From: Candidatus Latescibacterota bacterium
GTDB lineage: Bacteria > Latescibacterota > UBA2968 > UBA8231
Length of the DNA: 64,000 nucleotides
Assembly: GCA_965203355.1 (NCBI GenBank)
Contig: OZ241889.1
Coordinates: forward strand, 2,272,001-2,336,000
Reading direction: 5' to 3'
Made by a program: the position numbers and the translations under genes. The first letter of the stretch is position 1. Each line of letters begins with the position of its first letter. Shown in pieces: positions 1 through 8,499 of this stretch. Under the pieces are notes generated by a model, which did not search any database, had not been told where the DNA came from, and was given only the letters and a program-made list of their open reading frames with translations.

Positions 1-1
1 C

Positions 2-1966
2 TTGGCCCGGCGCAGGCGAGGGGGCGAGCAGATCGTCTAACTCAGCGACAAAAGGCGAAGGCGCGAGCAGCTCGCTGCCCGATTGCTTGGGGTAGAAAAC
101 GCCGAGACCGCGCCGCGCCGCGCACACTGCGCGATAGAACAGCAAGTGCTCGGACGCGGTGGTGGAATCCTCGTCCAAGTTCAAGGCGCGGCGCTGGGTT
201 TCTTCGAGGAAAATGTCGGCTGGCGGCAAGCGGGGGAATTCGCCTTGCACCAACCCGCCGAGGAAGAGGTAATCGCAGGGTGCGCTGCCCGCGGCCGCGA
301 GGTCGGTCACTTGAATGCCTGCGTGCGTTGCCGCGGGAACGTGCGCTTGGGCGATGGCGTCGCGCAGCAGGTCGGCGAATTGGTTCAGGGAGCGGGGCTG
401 GAGGGCGGCGGCTGGGGCGCACAATTCGTCGAGCAGGTCCAAAAAGCGCGCCAAGGCCCGGCCGTCCTCTACCGTCCCATGCTCTACGCCCAAGGTGCCG
501 AGGGCGTGGAGGACCTGTTGGCGGAAGGAGGGCAGGTCCTGTCGGCGTTCCAAAGGCTGGAGTAGGTCAAAGAGCGCGGCTAGGCCCGTGCGTAAGGGCT
601 GGAGGGCGGCTAACTCGGCGATGAGGTCGGCGCGCCGCGTGGGGAACTCGTCGATTTCTTCAGCGGCTGGCGCGCCTTTTCGGCTTAGTTCGCCCGCTAA
701 GTAAGCGGAGTTTTCGTCGATGGCGGTGAGCCAGCTTTGGCGCCCGGTCAATGGTGGCACGTTGCGGGTCCACGCCGCAAAATCTGCGGCGCAAAGCTCG
801 TTGGTTTGGCCTTCAAATGGGTAGCGCAGCCGCACGAAGGGCAAACTGAGTAAGCGGAAGAGCGCGGCGCGGCTGTAGCGCTCTAACACCGCGTTGATGA
901 GCGCGAAAACGGCGTTCATCGCGGGTGCTGTGGCCAGCGGCCGTCCGCGGGCGAGGTAAAAAGGCAGGCCGTGGCGCGGCAGTACTTCGGCCACGAGTTC
1001 GGCATAGAGGTCGAGGTTGCGGAAGCCAATGCGGACCTGCCCTAGCTCGATTCCTTGCTCTTGCTGCAACTGGCAGATGCGGCGGGCCATGGCCGTTACT
1101 TCGCCGACTCGGTCCGGGCAGGCGACCCGTTCTACGGGCGCGTCCAGACTCGCGCGACTGTGGGTGAAGAGGCGACCGGCAAACGCGGCGGCTGGATGGG
1201 CGGCGGCGGTGCTGCGCTCGGCGCGGATGGCGCGGGTGCGGAGGAAGGCGTACAGCGGACGAGTGCGGGCAAAGAAACCGGGCCCCTCGGGGTCGTAATC
1301 GAGCAGCGCGATGGATTCTGGCACGAGGGCTAGCAGCTTTGCTAGCACGGGCCAAAAAGGCGCGGGCATTTCCACAAAGCCGCAGAGCACGAGCAGGCCG
1401 AGGTCCGGGAAGCGCTGGGCGAGCGTCGCGCGATCGAGATGGGCTTCTACAGCGGCAAAACGCGCGCGGCTCCCGCTCCAGCCAGCCGCGAGCCGATCCA
1501 AGTAGGCCGCATACAGGACTTGCAACTCGGCGCTGCGCTGAGTGGCCCCGCCCAGATCGCTCGGCTGGGTGCCGGTTTCCTCCAATCGGCGGAACAACTG
1601 AGTTAGCCCCCGGCTCAGCCGCTCGGGTCGCTGGCTGTAATAGGGTGCGCTGGCCGCGCAGGCGGCCAGGGCGTCTTCGACTAACAGCCGCTGTGCGCTC
1701 AGGGGCAGGGCCGGTCGCCGCTCGGGACAGCGGCTGTAGAGAATGTCGGTGAAACCGTTTAGGTCGAGGGCCAAATGCCCGGTGAACAGGCCGGCCCTAC
1801 TGGCGCGGATGAGTTGCCGCCGCATGAGCTGGGCTTGGAAGTGCGTGGGAAAGAGCCAGAGGAAGGACTCGCCCTCGCCCGCGTTGAGGTGCGTCAAGCA
1901 GCGCTCGTACGCGGGCGATATCTTGGCGGGATGGGCCGGGCCGTAGATGAGGGTTAGTTCGCCCAT
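2..1966 (-). CDS. AddB/RexB-like helicase-nuclease subunit B (inactive helicase domains); 3' end outside window
   Basis: Not in the ORF track because it has no stop in the window. My translation from ATG 1966 stays open to the edge: MGELTLIYGPAHPAK (degenerate Walker A)...DRVGEVTAMARRI...GLPFYLARGRPLA...YLFLGGLVQGEFP...LLFYRAVCAARRGLGVFYP...APSPFV, typical AddB motifs. Confidence 0.75.
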   Translation of the reverse strand, partial: MGELTLIYGPAHPAKISPAYERCLTHLNAGEGESFLWLFPTHFQAQLMRRQLIRASRAGLFTGHLALDLNGFTDILYSRCPERRPALPLSAQRLLVEDALAACAASAPYYSQRPERLSRGLTQLFRRLEETGTQPSDLGGATQRSAELQVLYAAYLDRLAAGWSGSRARFAAVEAHLDRATLAQRFPDLGLLVLCGFVEMPAPFWPVLAKLLALVPESIALLDYDPEGPGFFARTRPLYAFLRTRAIRAERSTAAAHPAAAFAGRLFTHSRASLDAPVERVACPDRVGEVTAMARRICQLQQEQGIELGQVRIGFRNLDLYAELVAEVLPRHGLPFYLARGRPLATAPAMNAVFALINAVLERYSRAALFRLLSLPFVRLRYPFEGQTNELCAADFAAWTRNVPPLTGRQSWLTAIDENSAYLAGELSRKGAPAAEEIDEFPTRRADLIAELAALQPLRTGLAALFDLLQPLERRQDLPSFRQQVLHALGTLGVEHGTVEDGRALARFLDLLDELCAPAAALQPRSLNQFADLLRDAIAQAHVPAATHAGIQVTDLAAAGSAPCDYLFLGGLVQGEFPRLPPADIFLEETQRRALNLDEDSTTASEHLLFYRAVCAARRGLGVFYPKQSGSELLAPSPFVAELDDLLAPSPAPGQ

Positions 1967-2101
1967 GATCAGTGTGTGGGCAACGTATCGCCGCAGAAAA
2001 ACACTGTCAAGGTGCGCTGCGGCCGTGCGTTGACATGGCACTGGGCCGGCCGCTTTTTATGCCGCGTGGTAAGCCCGCGCTTTTGCTGAGTGGAATTCGC
2101 G

Positions 2102-3109
2102 ATGAAAAAATGGATTGTTGCATTCTTTTTGTGGTGTAGTTGCGCCCCGCTGACCTCCCCAGCCGGAGGCCCAGATGAATGGCAGAACCCCGAGCCGCCG
2201 CCACCGCCAAGTGCGTTAGAACAATACTTAGAGATGCGCCAGCACTACGGCTCTGGTCCGCGGCCCGACTTTGTGGCCGTGGTGCCGTTTGTCGATGAGT
2301 CCGGGTTTCGCGAGGGCGTGTGGAACATCGAATACGAGCTGGCCAACCTGCTCAGCGCCGAGCTGGTGGCCGTGCGGAATTGGCAGATCGTCCCTTTTGA
2401 CGCCGTGGCCGAGTTGGCGCTGGAGTGGGGGTTTGCCAGCCACGAGCAAGCCCTGGCGATCGGCCGCAAGCTGGGGGCGGATTTTGTAATCGCGGGCCGG
2501 TTGGAAGACTACGACATGCGCCGCCTGTCGGTGGGGGATCCTTTGTTGGGAGGCTACAAATCCTATTCGGCGGTGGCGCAGATGCGTGTCGAGATCGCGC
2601 GCGTTGACGACGGCCGGGCGATCGGTCAGGCCGAGGCCCAGCGCGATCTCACCGACCGCGACGTAGGGCTCGACCTGCTGGGCAAGCCGCGCGAGCAGGA
2701 TTTGCAATTTGCCAACTTGAAAGAGTTAGAGTTCGGCTCGGAGGCGTTTGGTCAAACTTTGTTGGGGCAAGCGACGGTCGAGGCCGTAGGCGAGCTGGTC
2801 CACGAGGTGGCCGCTGCCTTTGAGCCGGAGGGCTTGGTGTTTGAAGGCGACGCGCCCGAGGTCATCGCCGTGTACAGCGAGGACATTTACGCCAATATCG
2901 GCAGCACCCACGGCGTGCGGCCGCGCTTGCGCTTTTTCGTCTATCCCGGCAACGAGCGGATTCAGGCCGAGGGGCTGGCTCCCGAAGAGTCGGTTGCCCT
3001 CGTCGAAGTCGCCGAAATCATCAGCACCCGGCTCGCCAGTTTGCGCGTGATCCGCACAACCGGGGTGATCAAGGCGGGCGACCGGCTCGAATTAGCCGAA
3101 GGAGAATAG
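2102..3109 (+). CDS. Lipoprotein with CsgG/HfaB/FlgT-like domain
   Basis: MKK-hydrophobic-CSC lipobox-like N-terminus; VAVVPFVDESG...ALAIGRKLGADFVIAGRLEDY resembles CsgG/TolB-N/FlgT folds; C-terminal IYANIGSTHGV...IKAGDRL resembles FlgT-C. Confidence 0.55.
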   Translation: MKKWIVAFFLWCSCAPLTSPAGGPDEWQNPEPPPPPSALEQYLEMRQHYGSGPRPDFVAVVPFVDESGFREGVWNIEYELANLLSAELVAVRNWQIVPFDAVAELALEWGFASHEQALAIGRKLGADFVIAGRLEDYDMRRLSVGDPLLGGYKSYSAVAQMRVEIARVDDGRAIGQAEAQRDLTDRDVGLDLLGKPREQDLQFANLKELEFGSEAFGQTLLGQATVEAVGELVHEVAAAFEPEGLVFEGDAPEVIAVYSEDIYANIGSTHGVRPRLRFFVYPGNERIQAEGLAPEESVALVEVAEIISTRLASLRVIRTTGVIKAGDRLELAEGE

Positions 3110-3111
3110 CG

Positions 3112-4149
3112 ATGCAGGGAGTGGTCAAATACCAGCGCGGCGACGGATTTGTCGAGTTGCGCGACCTAGCGGACGCGCCGCCCGGCCCCAAGCAGGTGAA
3201 GGTCGAGGTGCAGGCTGCCGGGATTTGCGGATCGGACCTACACGTGTACCGCGATACCATCAACTACGCCATCCAGACGCCGGTCGTCATGGGGCACGAG
3301 TTTAGCGGCGTGGTGGTGGAAAAGGGCGCGGAGGTCGGCGACCACGTCGAGGTGGGCGACCGCGTGACCGGCGAGCCGAGTATATACATCTGCGGCGACT
3401 GCGACTACTGCTTGAGAGAGCACTACAACCTCTGCCCCGAGCGAAAGGTCATGGGCTATTGGCACCACGGCTGCTTTGCGCCCTACTGCAATGCGACCTT
3501 CGTCCACAAGCTGCCCAAAGGCGTGGGGTTTGAAGCCGGTGCGCTGACTGAATTGTTGGCCTGCTGCGTACATTCGGTCATTGAGCAGGCCGGCGTGACG
3601 GCCGGCGATTTTGTCGCCATCACTGGGCCGGGGCCGGTGGGTTTGTTCTCGGCGCTGGTGGCGCTGGCCGCAGGGGGGACGGTGATCCTCTGCGGCACGG
3701 AGCGAGACGCCAAGCGGCTGCAACGGGCCGAGGAACTGGGCGTGCAACACACGGTCGATATTGCGGCCGGCGACCCGGTGGCGCGGGTGCGCGAGTTGAC
3801 CGGCGGCTATGGGGCCGATGTGGTGGTCGAGTGCGCGGGGGTGGCACCGGCCATGCGGTTGGCCTTGGAACTGGTGCGCAAGCGGGGCCGCTTTTCCCAA
3901 ATGGGGCTGCCGGGTGCGCCAGTGGAGATTGACTTTGAGAAGATCGCCTACAACGAGCTACAAGTCTCCGGCGGCATTGGTCAGCGGCGACCGGCTTGGC
4001 AGCGTGCGCTGCGGCTGATGGAGCAGGGCTTTATTCCCAGCGAAAAGCTGATCACCCACCACTTTGCCTTGAGCGAATGGCAGCGGGCCTTTGACCTGGC
4101 CGAAGAGCAGGCCGGGATCAAGCTGATGTTTATGCCGCAGGGGGGATGA
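3112..4149 (+). CDS. Zinc-dependent alcohol/polyol dehydrogenase (MDR family)
   Basis: GICGSDLH, GHEFSG, structural-Zn CGDCDYC...C and GPGPVG motifs. Confidence 0.92.
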   Translation: MQGVVKYQRGDGFVELRDLADAPPGPKQVKVEVQAAGICGSDLHVYRDTINYAIQTPVVMGHEFSGVVVEKGAEVGDHVEVGDRVTGEPSIYICGDCDYCLREHYNLCPERKVMGYWHHGCFAPYCNATFVHKLPKGVGFEAGALTELLACCVHSVIEQAGVTAGDFVAITGPGPVGLFSALVALAAGGTVILCGTERDAKRLQRAEELGVQHTVDIAAGDPVARVRELTGGYGADVVVECAGVAPAMRLALELVRKRGRFSQMGLPGAPVEIDFEKIAYNELQVSGGIGQRRPAWQRALRLMEQGFIPSEKLITHHFALSEWQRAFDLAEEQAGIKLMFMPQGG

Positions 4150-4417
4150 GGCCGGCGATTGCGCTGTGGACGTTGAATGCGCGACCGTGGATTGGCTGAG
4201 GTTTGGAACAAGCGTTAGAACCGATTGACAGCCCCACCGGGGCTTTGTACCTTGCAAAATCCGTTCCCCTAACGAAAGAAGGCCATCCCATGAAAAGCCA
4301 ACCAAGCCAACCGTAAGAGTATCCAGCTAGACGTACATCGCCGGGCTTCCGTTGTGGCCCGCACCCTGATGAAGATGCAGCCTAAGCCGGTCAAATGATT
4401 CGGAAGGTTTTGACGCT

Positions 4418-4450
4418 ACTTGACACCATGTCAAGTGTCTTTAAGTCGCC
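4418..4450. repeat. Palindrome ACTTGACA-cca-TGTCAAGT followed by GTCTTTAAGTCGCC; possible IS1595-type end
   Basis: 8-bp perfect inverted repeat seen directly, at the start of the AT-rich block near an IS1595 remnant. The IS-end call is from recalled similarity only. Confidence 0.35.
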
Positions 4451-4475
4451 CTAAATTCATGGAGATAACCCCGAA

Positions 4476-4754
4476 ATGTCTATCTTCGTTGTCGTTCTAA
4501 ACCAGGCTCCCTCCGAGCTCTTTACGAAGAGAATAAAGGAATTATATCCGCCTCCGCTTAGTTACAAATACGCAGACAATGTCTTTTTTCTTGAGGATAA
4601 TAATATACCTGAGACTATAGCCAATCGTCTTGGTATAAAAGTAGAAGACGAAAGTCAGAGGACAGCTACTGGGGCCGTATTTGGTCTCGATGGTTCGTAT
4701 TCGGGATATACTGCAAAGGCCCTTTGGGACTGGTTGCGGAGGGTAGAAAAATGA
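4476..4754 (+). CDS. Hypothetical protein, 92 aa (possible Cas2/VapD-like ferredoxin fold)
   Basis: GGAG RBS, AT-rich codon usage, C-terminal YSGYTAKALWDWL; stop overlaps the next start (ATGA). Confidence 0.65.
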   Translation: MSIFVVVLNQAPSELFTKRIKELYPPPLSYKYADNVFFLEDNNIPETIANRLGIKVEDESQRTATGAVFGLDGSYSGYTAKALWDWLRRVEK

Positions 4755-5029
4755 GTGGCCATCCACAGGAAGATCTTAGTAGTGATCCTCCTGAATCAGG
4801 ATCAGGAGGGAACGGAGGTCGTAGAGGTGGATTAAACCCTGAGCTTATTGATCATAGATTAGATCAGTTGGAACAAACAGCTAAGGAAAATAGGAAAGAT
4901 ATTACTGATATTAAAACTACCGTCACCAGAATAGAATCTGGAATGATAACCAAAAGCCAACTCATTCTCGTGCTTATATCAGCACTAGTTATTACGGCTA
5001 TAAATCTAATTGTCTGGATGGCGAAATAA
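4751..5029 (+). CDS. Hypothetical protein, 92 aa, coiled coil plus C-terminal TM helix (XhlA-like architecture)
   Basis: ATGA-coupled to the upstream ORF; Gly-rich N-terminus, heptad segment RLDQLEQ...ITDIKTTVTRIE, hydrophobic tail LILVLISALVITAINLIVW. Confidence 0.6.
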   Translation: MSGHPQEDLSSDPPESGSGGNGGRRGGLNPELIDHRLDQLEQTAKENRKDITDIKTTVTRIESGMITKSQLILVLISALVITAINLIVWMAK

Positions 5030-5072
5030 ACAGCCCCTAATAGCCCCAGCTACTCCTTCACCTATCAGAGAT

Positions 5073-5293
5073 CTATTTCGCTAGATCGGCGTACATCAGC
5101 CGCTTCCCAACCATCCCGGCGACCAGATTCTACATTTGGTTGATGGTGTCTTTGTCGTGCGAACGTTATGCCGTCGTGCGAACTCGCTCACATAGCGATG
5201 TAGGTGCTTCACAGAGAAGTGATGGAAGGTTCCGTAGTATCTCCGCTTCAGCCTTGACCAAAAGCTCTCTATGCCGTTTGTGTGGGCTTGGTC
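5073..5293 (-). pseudogene. IS1595-family transposase C-terminal remnant
   Basis: Minus-strand translation DQAHTNGIESFWSRLKRRYYGTFHHFSVKHLHRYVSEFARRHNVR, then a frameshift to KDTINQM*NLVAGMVGKRLMYADLAK*. Classic IS1595 C-terminus; internal TAG at 5130-5132. Confidence 0.88.
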
Positions 5294-5427
5294 AAGGCAT
5301 CGGTTTACGGTTGGTTACAGCGTTGACCTTATCGCAGCCGCCACAGCGCGGGCAAGACAAACCCGATTCATCCCAACGCTGTTGAGCAAACCAACCCTCA
5401 GCCGTTTTTTTATCAGGGAAGATTGTT

Positions 5428-8400
5428 TTGACGGATCTATTCTTTGAACAGCCGGTCTTAAACTCGCCTTACGAGCGTCCGAGCCGTCATTGGGAACTGG
5501 ACGAGACCGGGCAGCCGACCCAGCAGATCGTTGAACACCGCCGACCCGCCGAGTTCATCACGCCGATTCCGCAGCCGAAGAAGCGCCAAGGAGAAAAGCA
5601 GCAAGGGGCGCTAGTCTTTGACGAGGCCGCGCAAAAGCTCGAAACGGCCGATCAGCAATACGACCTGACGGCGGTCATCAACGGGGTTCGCGCGCAGGTT
5701 GACCGCTGGCGGGCGCTGCCAAACCCGCGCCAGTGGCAGGTGACCCCGGAGACCGCTCGCTTGCTCCAGCACTGGCGGCACCACCGCTTTAGTGGCATTC
5801 GGCCCTTCTTCTGCCAAGTCGAAGCGGCGGAGACCGCTATTTGGCTCACCGAGGTTGCGCCCAACACGCGATCGGGCCGGGCCTTTCTCGAGCATCTAAA
5901 GGACGCCAACCACAACGCCAACCCGGAACGGCCGCTGCCGCGGTTGGCCCTCAAGCTGGCGACCGGCACGGGCAAGACCACGGTCATGGCGATGTTGATT
6001 GCTTGGCAGACCGTCAATGCGGTGCGTCGGCCGCAAAGCCGCCGCTTCACGCGCGGTTTTTTGGTGGTCACGCCCGGCATCACCATCAAGGACCGCCTGC
6101 GCGTACTGCAGCCGAATGACCCGGATAGCTACTACCAGAGCCGCGAGTTGGTGCCCAGCGGCATGCTCCCGGAGCTGCAAAAGGCCAAGATCGTCATCGT
6201 CAACTATCACGCCTTCAAGCGGCGCGACCGCCTGGCGCTTTCCAAAGGCGGCCGTTTGTTGCTCGCGGGACGGGGCCAGACGCTGGCAACCTTGGAGACC
6301 GAGGGGCAAATGCTGCAACGGGTCATGCCCGAACTCATGGGCGCGAAGAACGTCTTGATCCTCAACGACGAGGCGCACCACTGCTACCGCGAAAAGCCGG
6401 GCGAGCCGGAAGAAGGGGCGCTCAAGGGCGATGACCGCAAGGAAGCCGAAAGGAATACGGCGGCGGCGCGGCTGTGGATGTCGGGGCTGGAAACCGTTGG
6501 CCGCAAGCTCGGCATCAACCGGGTGCTGGATCTTTCAGCGACGCCCTTTTTTTTGCGCGGGTCCGGGTATGCCGAAGGCGCGTTGTTCCCTTGGACGATG
6601 TGCGATTTCTCGCTCATGGACGCGATTGAATGCGGCATCGTCAAATTGCCCCGCGTGCCGGTGGCCGACAACATTCCCGGCGGCGACATGCCCAAGTTTC
6701 GCCGGCTCTGGGACCACATCCGCCCGGCCATGCCCAAGAAGGGGCGGGGCCAAGGCCAAGACCTCGATCCGCTCAGCCTGCCGGTGGAGTTGCAGACGGC
6801 GCTGGAAGCACTGTACGGACATTATCAGCAAACGTTTGAGTTGATGGAGCAGGCGGGCATGGACGTCCCGCCGTGTTTCATCGTGGTCTGCAATAACACC
6901 TCGACTTCCAAGCTGGTGTACGACTACATCGCTGGTTTCTGGCGCGAGAACGAGGATGGCTCGAAGAAGCTCGAGAACGGTCGCTTGGAACTGTTTCGCA
7001 ACTTTGACGAACAGGGCAACCAATACCCGCGCCCCCGCACACTGTTGATCGACAGCGAGCAATTAGAGTCCGGCGACGCGCTCGACAGCAATTTCCGCAA
7101 GATGGCCGCCGACGAGATCGATCGCTTTCGGCGCGAGATCATCGAGCGCACTGGGGACCGTCGTCAGGCCGACCACATCAGCGAGCAAGCGTTGCTCCGC
7201 GAGGTGATGAACACGGTGGGCAAACCGGGGCGGCTGGGGGATTCGATTCGCTGCGTGGTGTCGGTGTCGATGCTTACGGAAGGCTGGGATGCCAATACCG
7301 TTAGCCACGTGCTGGGCGTGCGCGCCTTTGGGACGCAACTGCTGTGCGAGCAGGTCGTTGGCCGCGCCCTGCGCCGTCAGTCCTACGATCTCAACGAAAA
7401 GGGCTTGTTTGACGTGGAATACGCGGATGTCTTGGGCATCCCGTTCGATTTTACGGCCAAGCCCGTTGTCGCTCCAGTCAAGCCACCGCGCAAGACCGTT
7501 CAGGTGCGGGCCGTGCAGCCTGAACGCGATGCGCTGGAGATATGTTTCCCCCGCGTGGCCGGGTATCGAGTGGAATTGCCGTCCGAGCGGCTCAGTGCCG
7601 AGTTCAACGAGGACTCGGTGCTGGAGCTGACGCCGCATCTGGTTGGCCCGTCCAGTACGAGGAATCAGGGGATTATCGGCGAGAGCGTGGACCTCAACTT
7701 GGTTCACACCAACAATCTGCGGCGCTCGACCGTACTCTTTCACCTGACCTCGCGGTTGCTCTATACTAAGTACCGCGATCCGGGCGACGCCCCCCAGCTC
7801 TATCTCTTCGGCCAGCTCAAGCGCATCGCCAAGCAGTGGCTCGATGGCTACCTCATCTGCAAGGGCGGCACCTATCCTGCCCAGCTTATGTATCAGGCGC
7901 TGGCGGATAGGGCCTGCGAGCGCATCTCGGCGGCCATCACGCGAAAGGGAATCGGCCAGCGCCCGGTCAAAGCCGTACTCGATCCGTACAATCCCGTTGG
8001 TTCGACAGCCGAGGTGAATTTCAACACGACCCAGACCAGCCTGTGGCAGACCGATGCCCGGCGTTGTCATCTCAACCACATCGTCCTCGACAGCGACTGG
8101 GAAGCCGAATTTTGCCGTGTCGCCGAATCCCATCCGCACGTCCAAGCCTACGTCAAGAACCACAACCTCGGTTTGGAGGTGCCCTACCGTTGCGGGTCGG
8201 AAACGCGGATGTACCGGCCGGATTTTATCGCAGCTATTGACGATGGTTGTGGCCGCGACGATTGGCTGCATCTGATCGTCGAGATCAAGGGCTATCGGGG
8301 GGAAGACGCCAAGGACAAGAAAACGACCATGGACACGTATTGGGTGCCTGGGGTGAATAATTACCGGGCCTACGGGCGCTGGGCTTTTGCCGAGTTGATT

Positions 8401-8499
8401 GACGTGTTTGAGATGGAAGCTGCGTTCAATCGGTTGGTTGAGCAGTTTAGGGCCGCGGCGATAGCTCGACAAAAGGGGCGCGCTAATGCTTTGGGATAG
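5428..8499 (+). CDS. Type III restriction-like Res subunit (SF2 helicase plus PD-(D/E)xK nuclease)
   Basis: LATGTGKT Walker A, LNDEAHH, LSATP, MLTEGWD, EQVVGRALRR; C-terminal YRPDF...VEIKG nuclease; Mod gene downstream. Confidence 0.92.
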   Translation: MTDLFFEQPVLNSPYERPSRHWELDETGQPTQQIVEHRRPAEFITPIPQPKKRQGEKQQGALVFDEAAQKLETADQQYDLTAVINGVRAQVDRWRALPNPRQWQVTPETARLLQHWRHHRFSGIRPFFCQVEAAETAIWLTEVAPNTRSGRAFLEHLKDANHNANPERPLPRLALKLATGTGKTTVMAMLIAWQTVNAVRRPQSRRFTRGFLVVTPGITIKDRLRVLQPNDPDSYYQSRELVPSGMLPELQKAKIVIVNYHAFKRRDRLALSKGGRLLLAGRGQTLATLETEGQMLQRVMPELMGAKNVLILNDEAHHCYREKPGEPEEGALKGDDRKEAERNTAAARLWMSGLETVGRKLGINRVLDLSATPFFLRGSGYAEGALFPWTMCDFSLMDAIECGIVKLPRVPVADNIPGGDMPKFRRLWDHIRPAMPKKGRGQGQDLDPLSLPVELQTALEALYGHYQQTFELMEQAGMDVPPCFIVVCNNTSTSKLVYDYIAGFWRENEDGSKKLENGRLELFRNFDEQGNQYPRPRTLLIDSEQLESGDALDSNFRKMAADEIDRFRREIIERTGDRRQADHISEQALLREVMNTVGKPGRLGDSIRCVVSVSMLTEGWDANTVSHVLGVRAFGTQLLCEQVVGRALRRQSYDLNEKGLFDVEYADVLGIPFDFTAKPVVAPVKPPRKTVQVRAVQPERDALEICFPRVAGYRVELPSERLSAEFNEDSVLELTPHLVGPSSTRNQGIIGESVDLNLVHTNNLRRSTVLFHLTSRLLYTKYRDPGDAPQLYLFGQLKRIAKQWLDGYLICKGGTYPAQLMYQALADRACERISAAITRKGIGQRPVKAVLDPYNPVGSTAEVNFNTTQTSLWQTDARRCHLNHIVLDSDWEAEFCRVAESHPHVQAYVKNHNLGLEVPYRCGSETRMYRPDFIAAIDDGCGRDDWLHLIVEIKGYRGEDAKDKKTTMDTYWVPGVNNYRAYGRWAFAELIDVFEMEAAFNRLVEQFRAAAIARQKGRANALG
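8421..8440 (+). repeat. 20-bp direct repeat TGCGTTCAATCGGTTGGTTG, copy 1 (in res 3' end)
   Basis: Identical to 10244-10263. Confidence 0.9.

Noticed and set aside
42-1957. Many short ORFs listed in the track
   Set aside because: All overlap the single long minus-strand AddB-like frame, which the track missed because it has no stop in the window.
4476-4754. True CRISPR Cas2
   Set aside because: No cas1 or array nearby; at most a fold-level resemblance.
5140-5385. 81-aa plus-strand ORF
   Set aside because: Antisense to the IS1595 transposase remnant.
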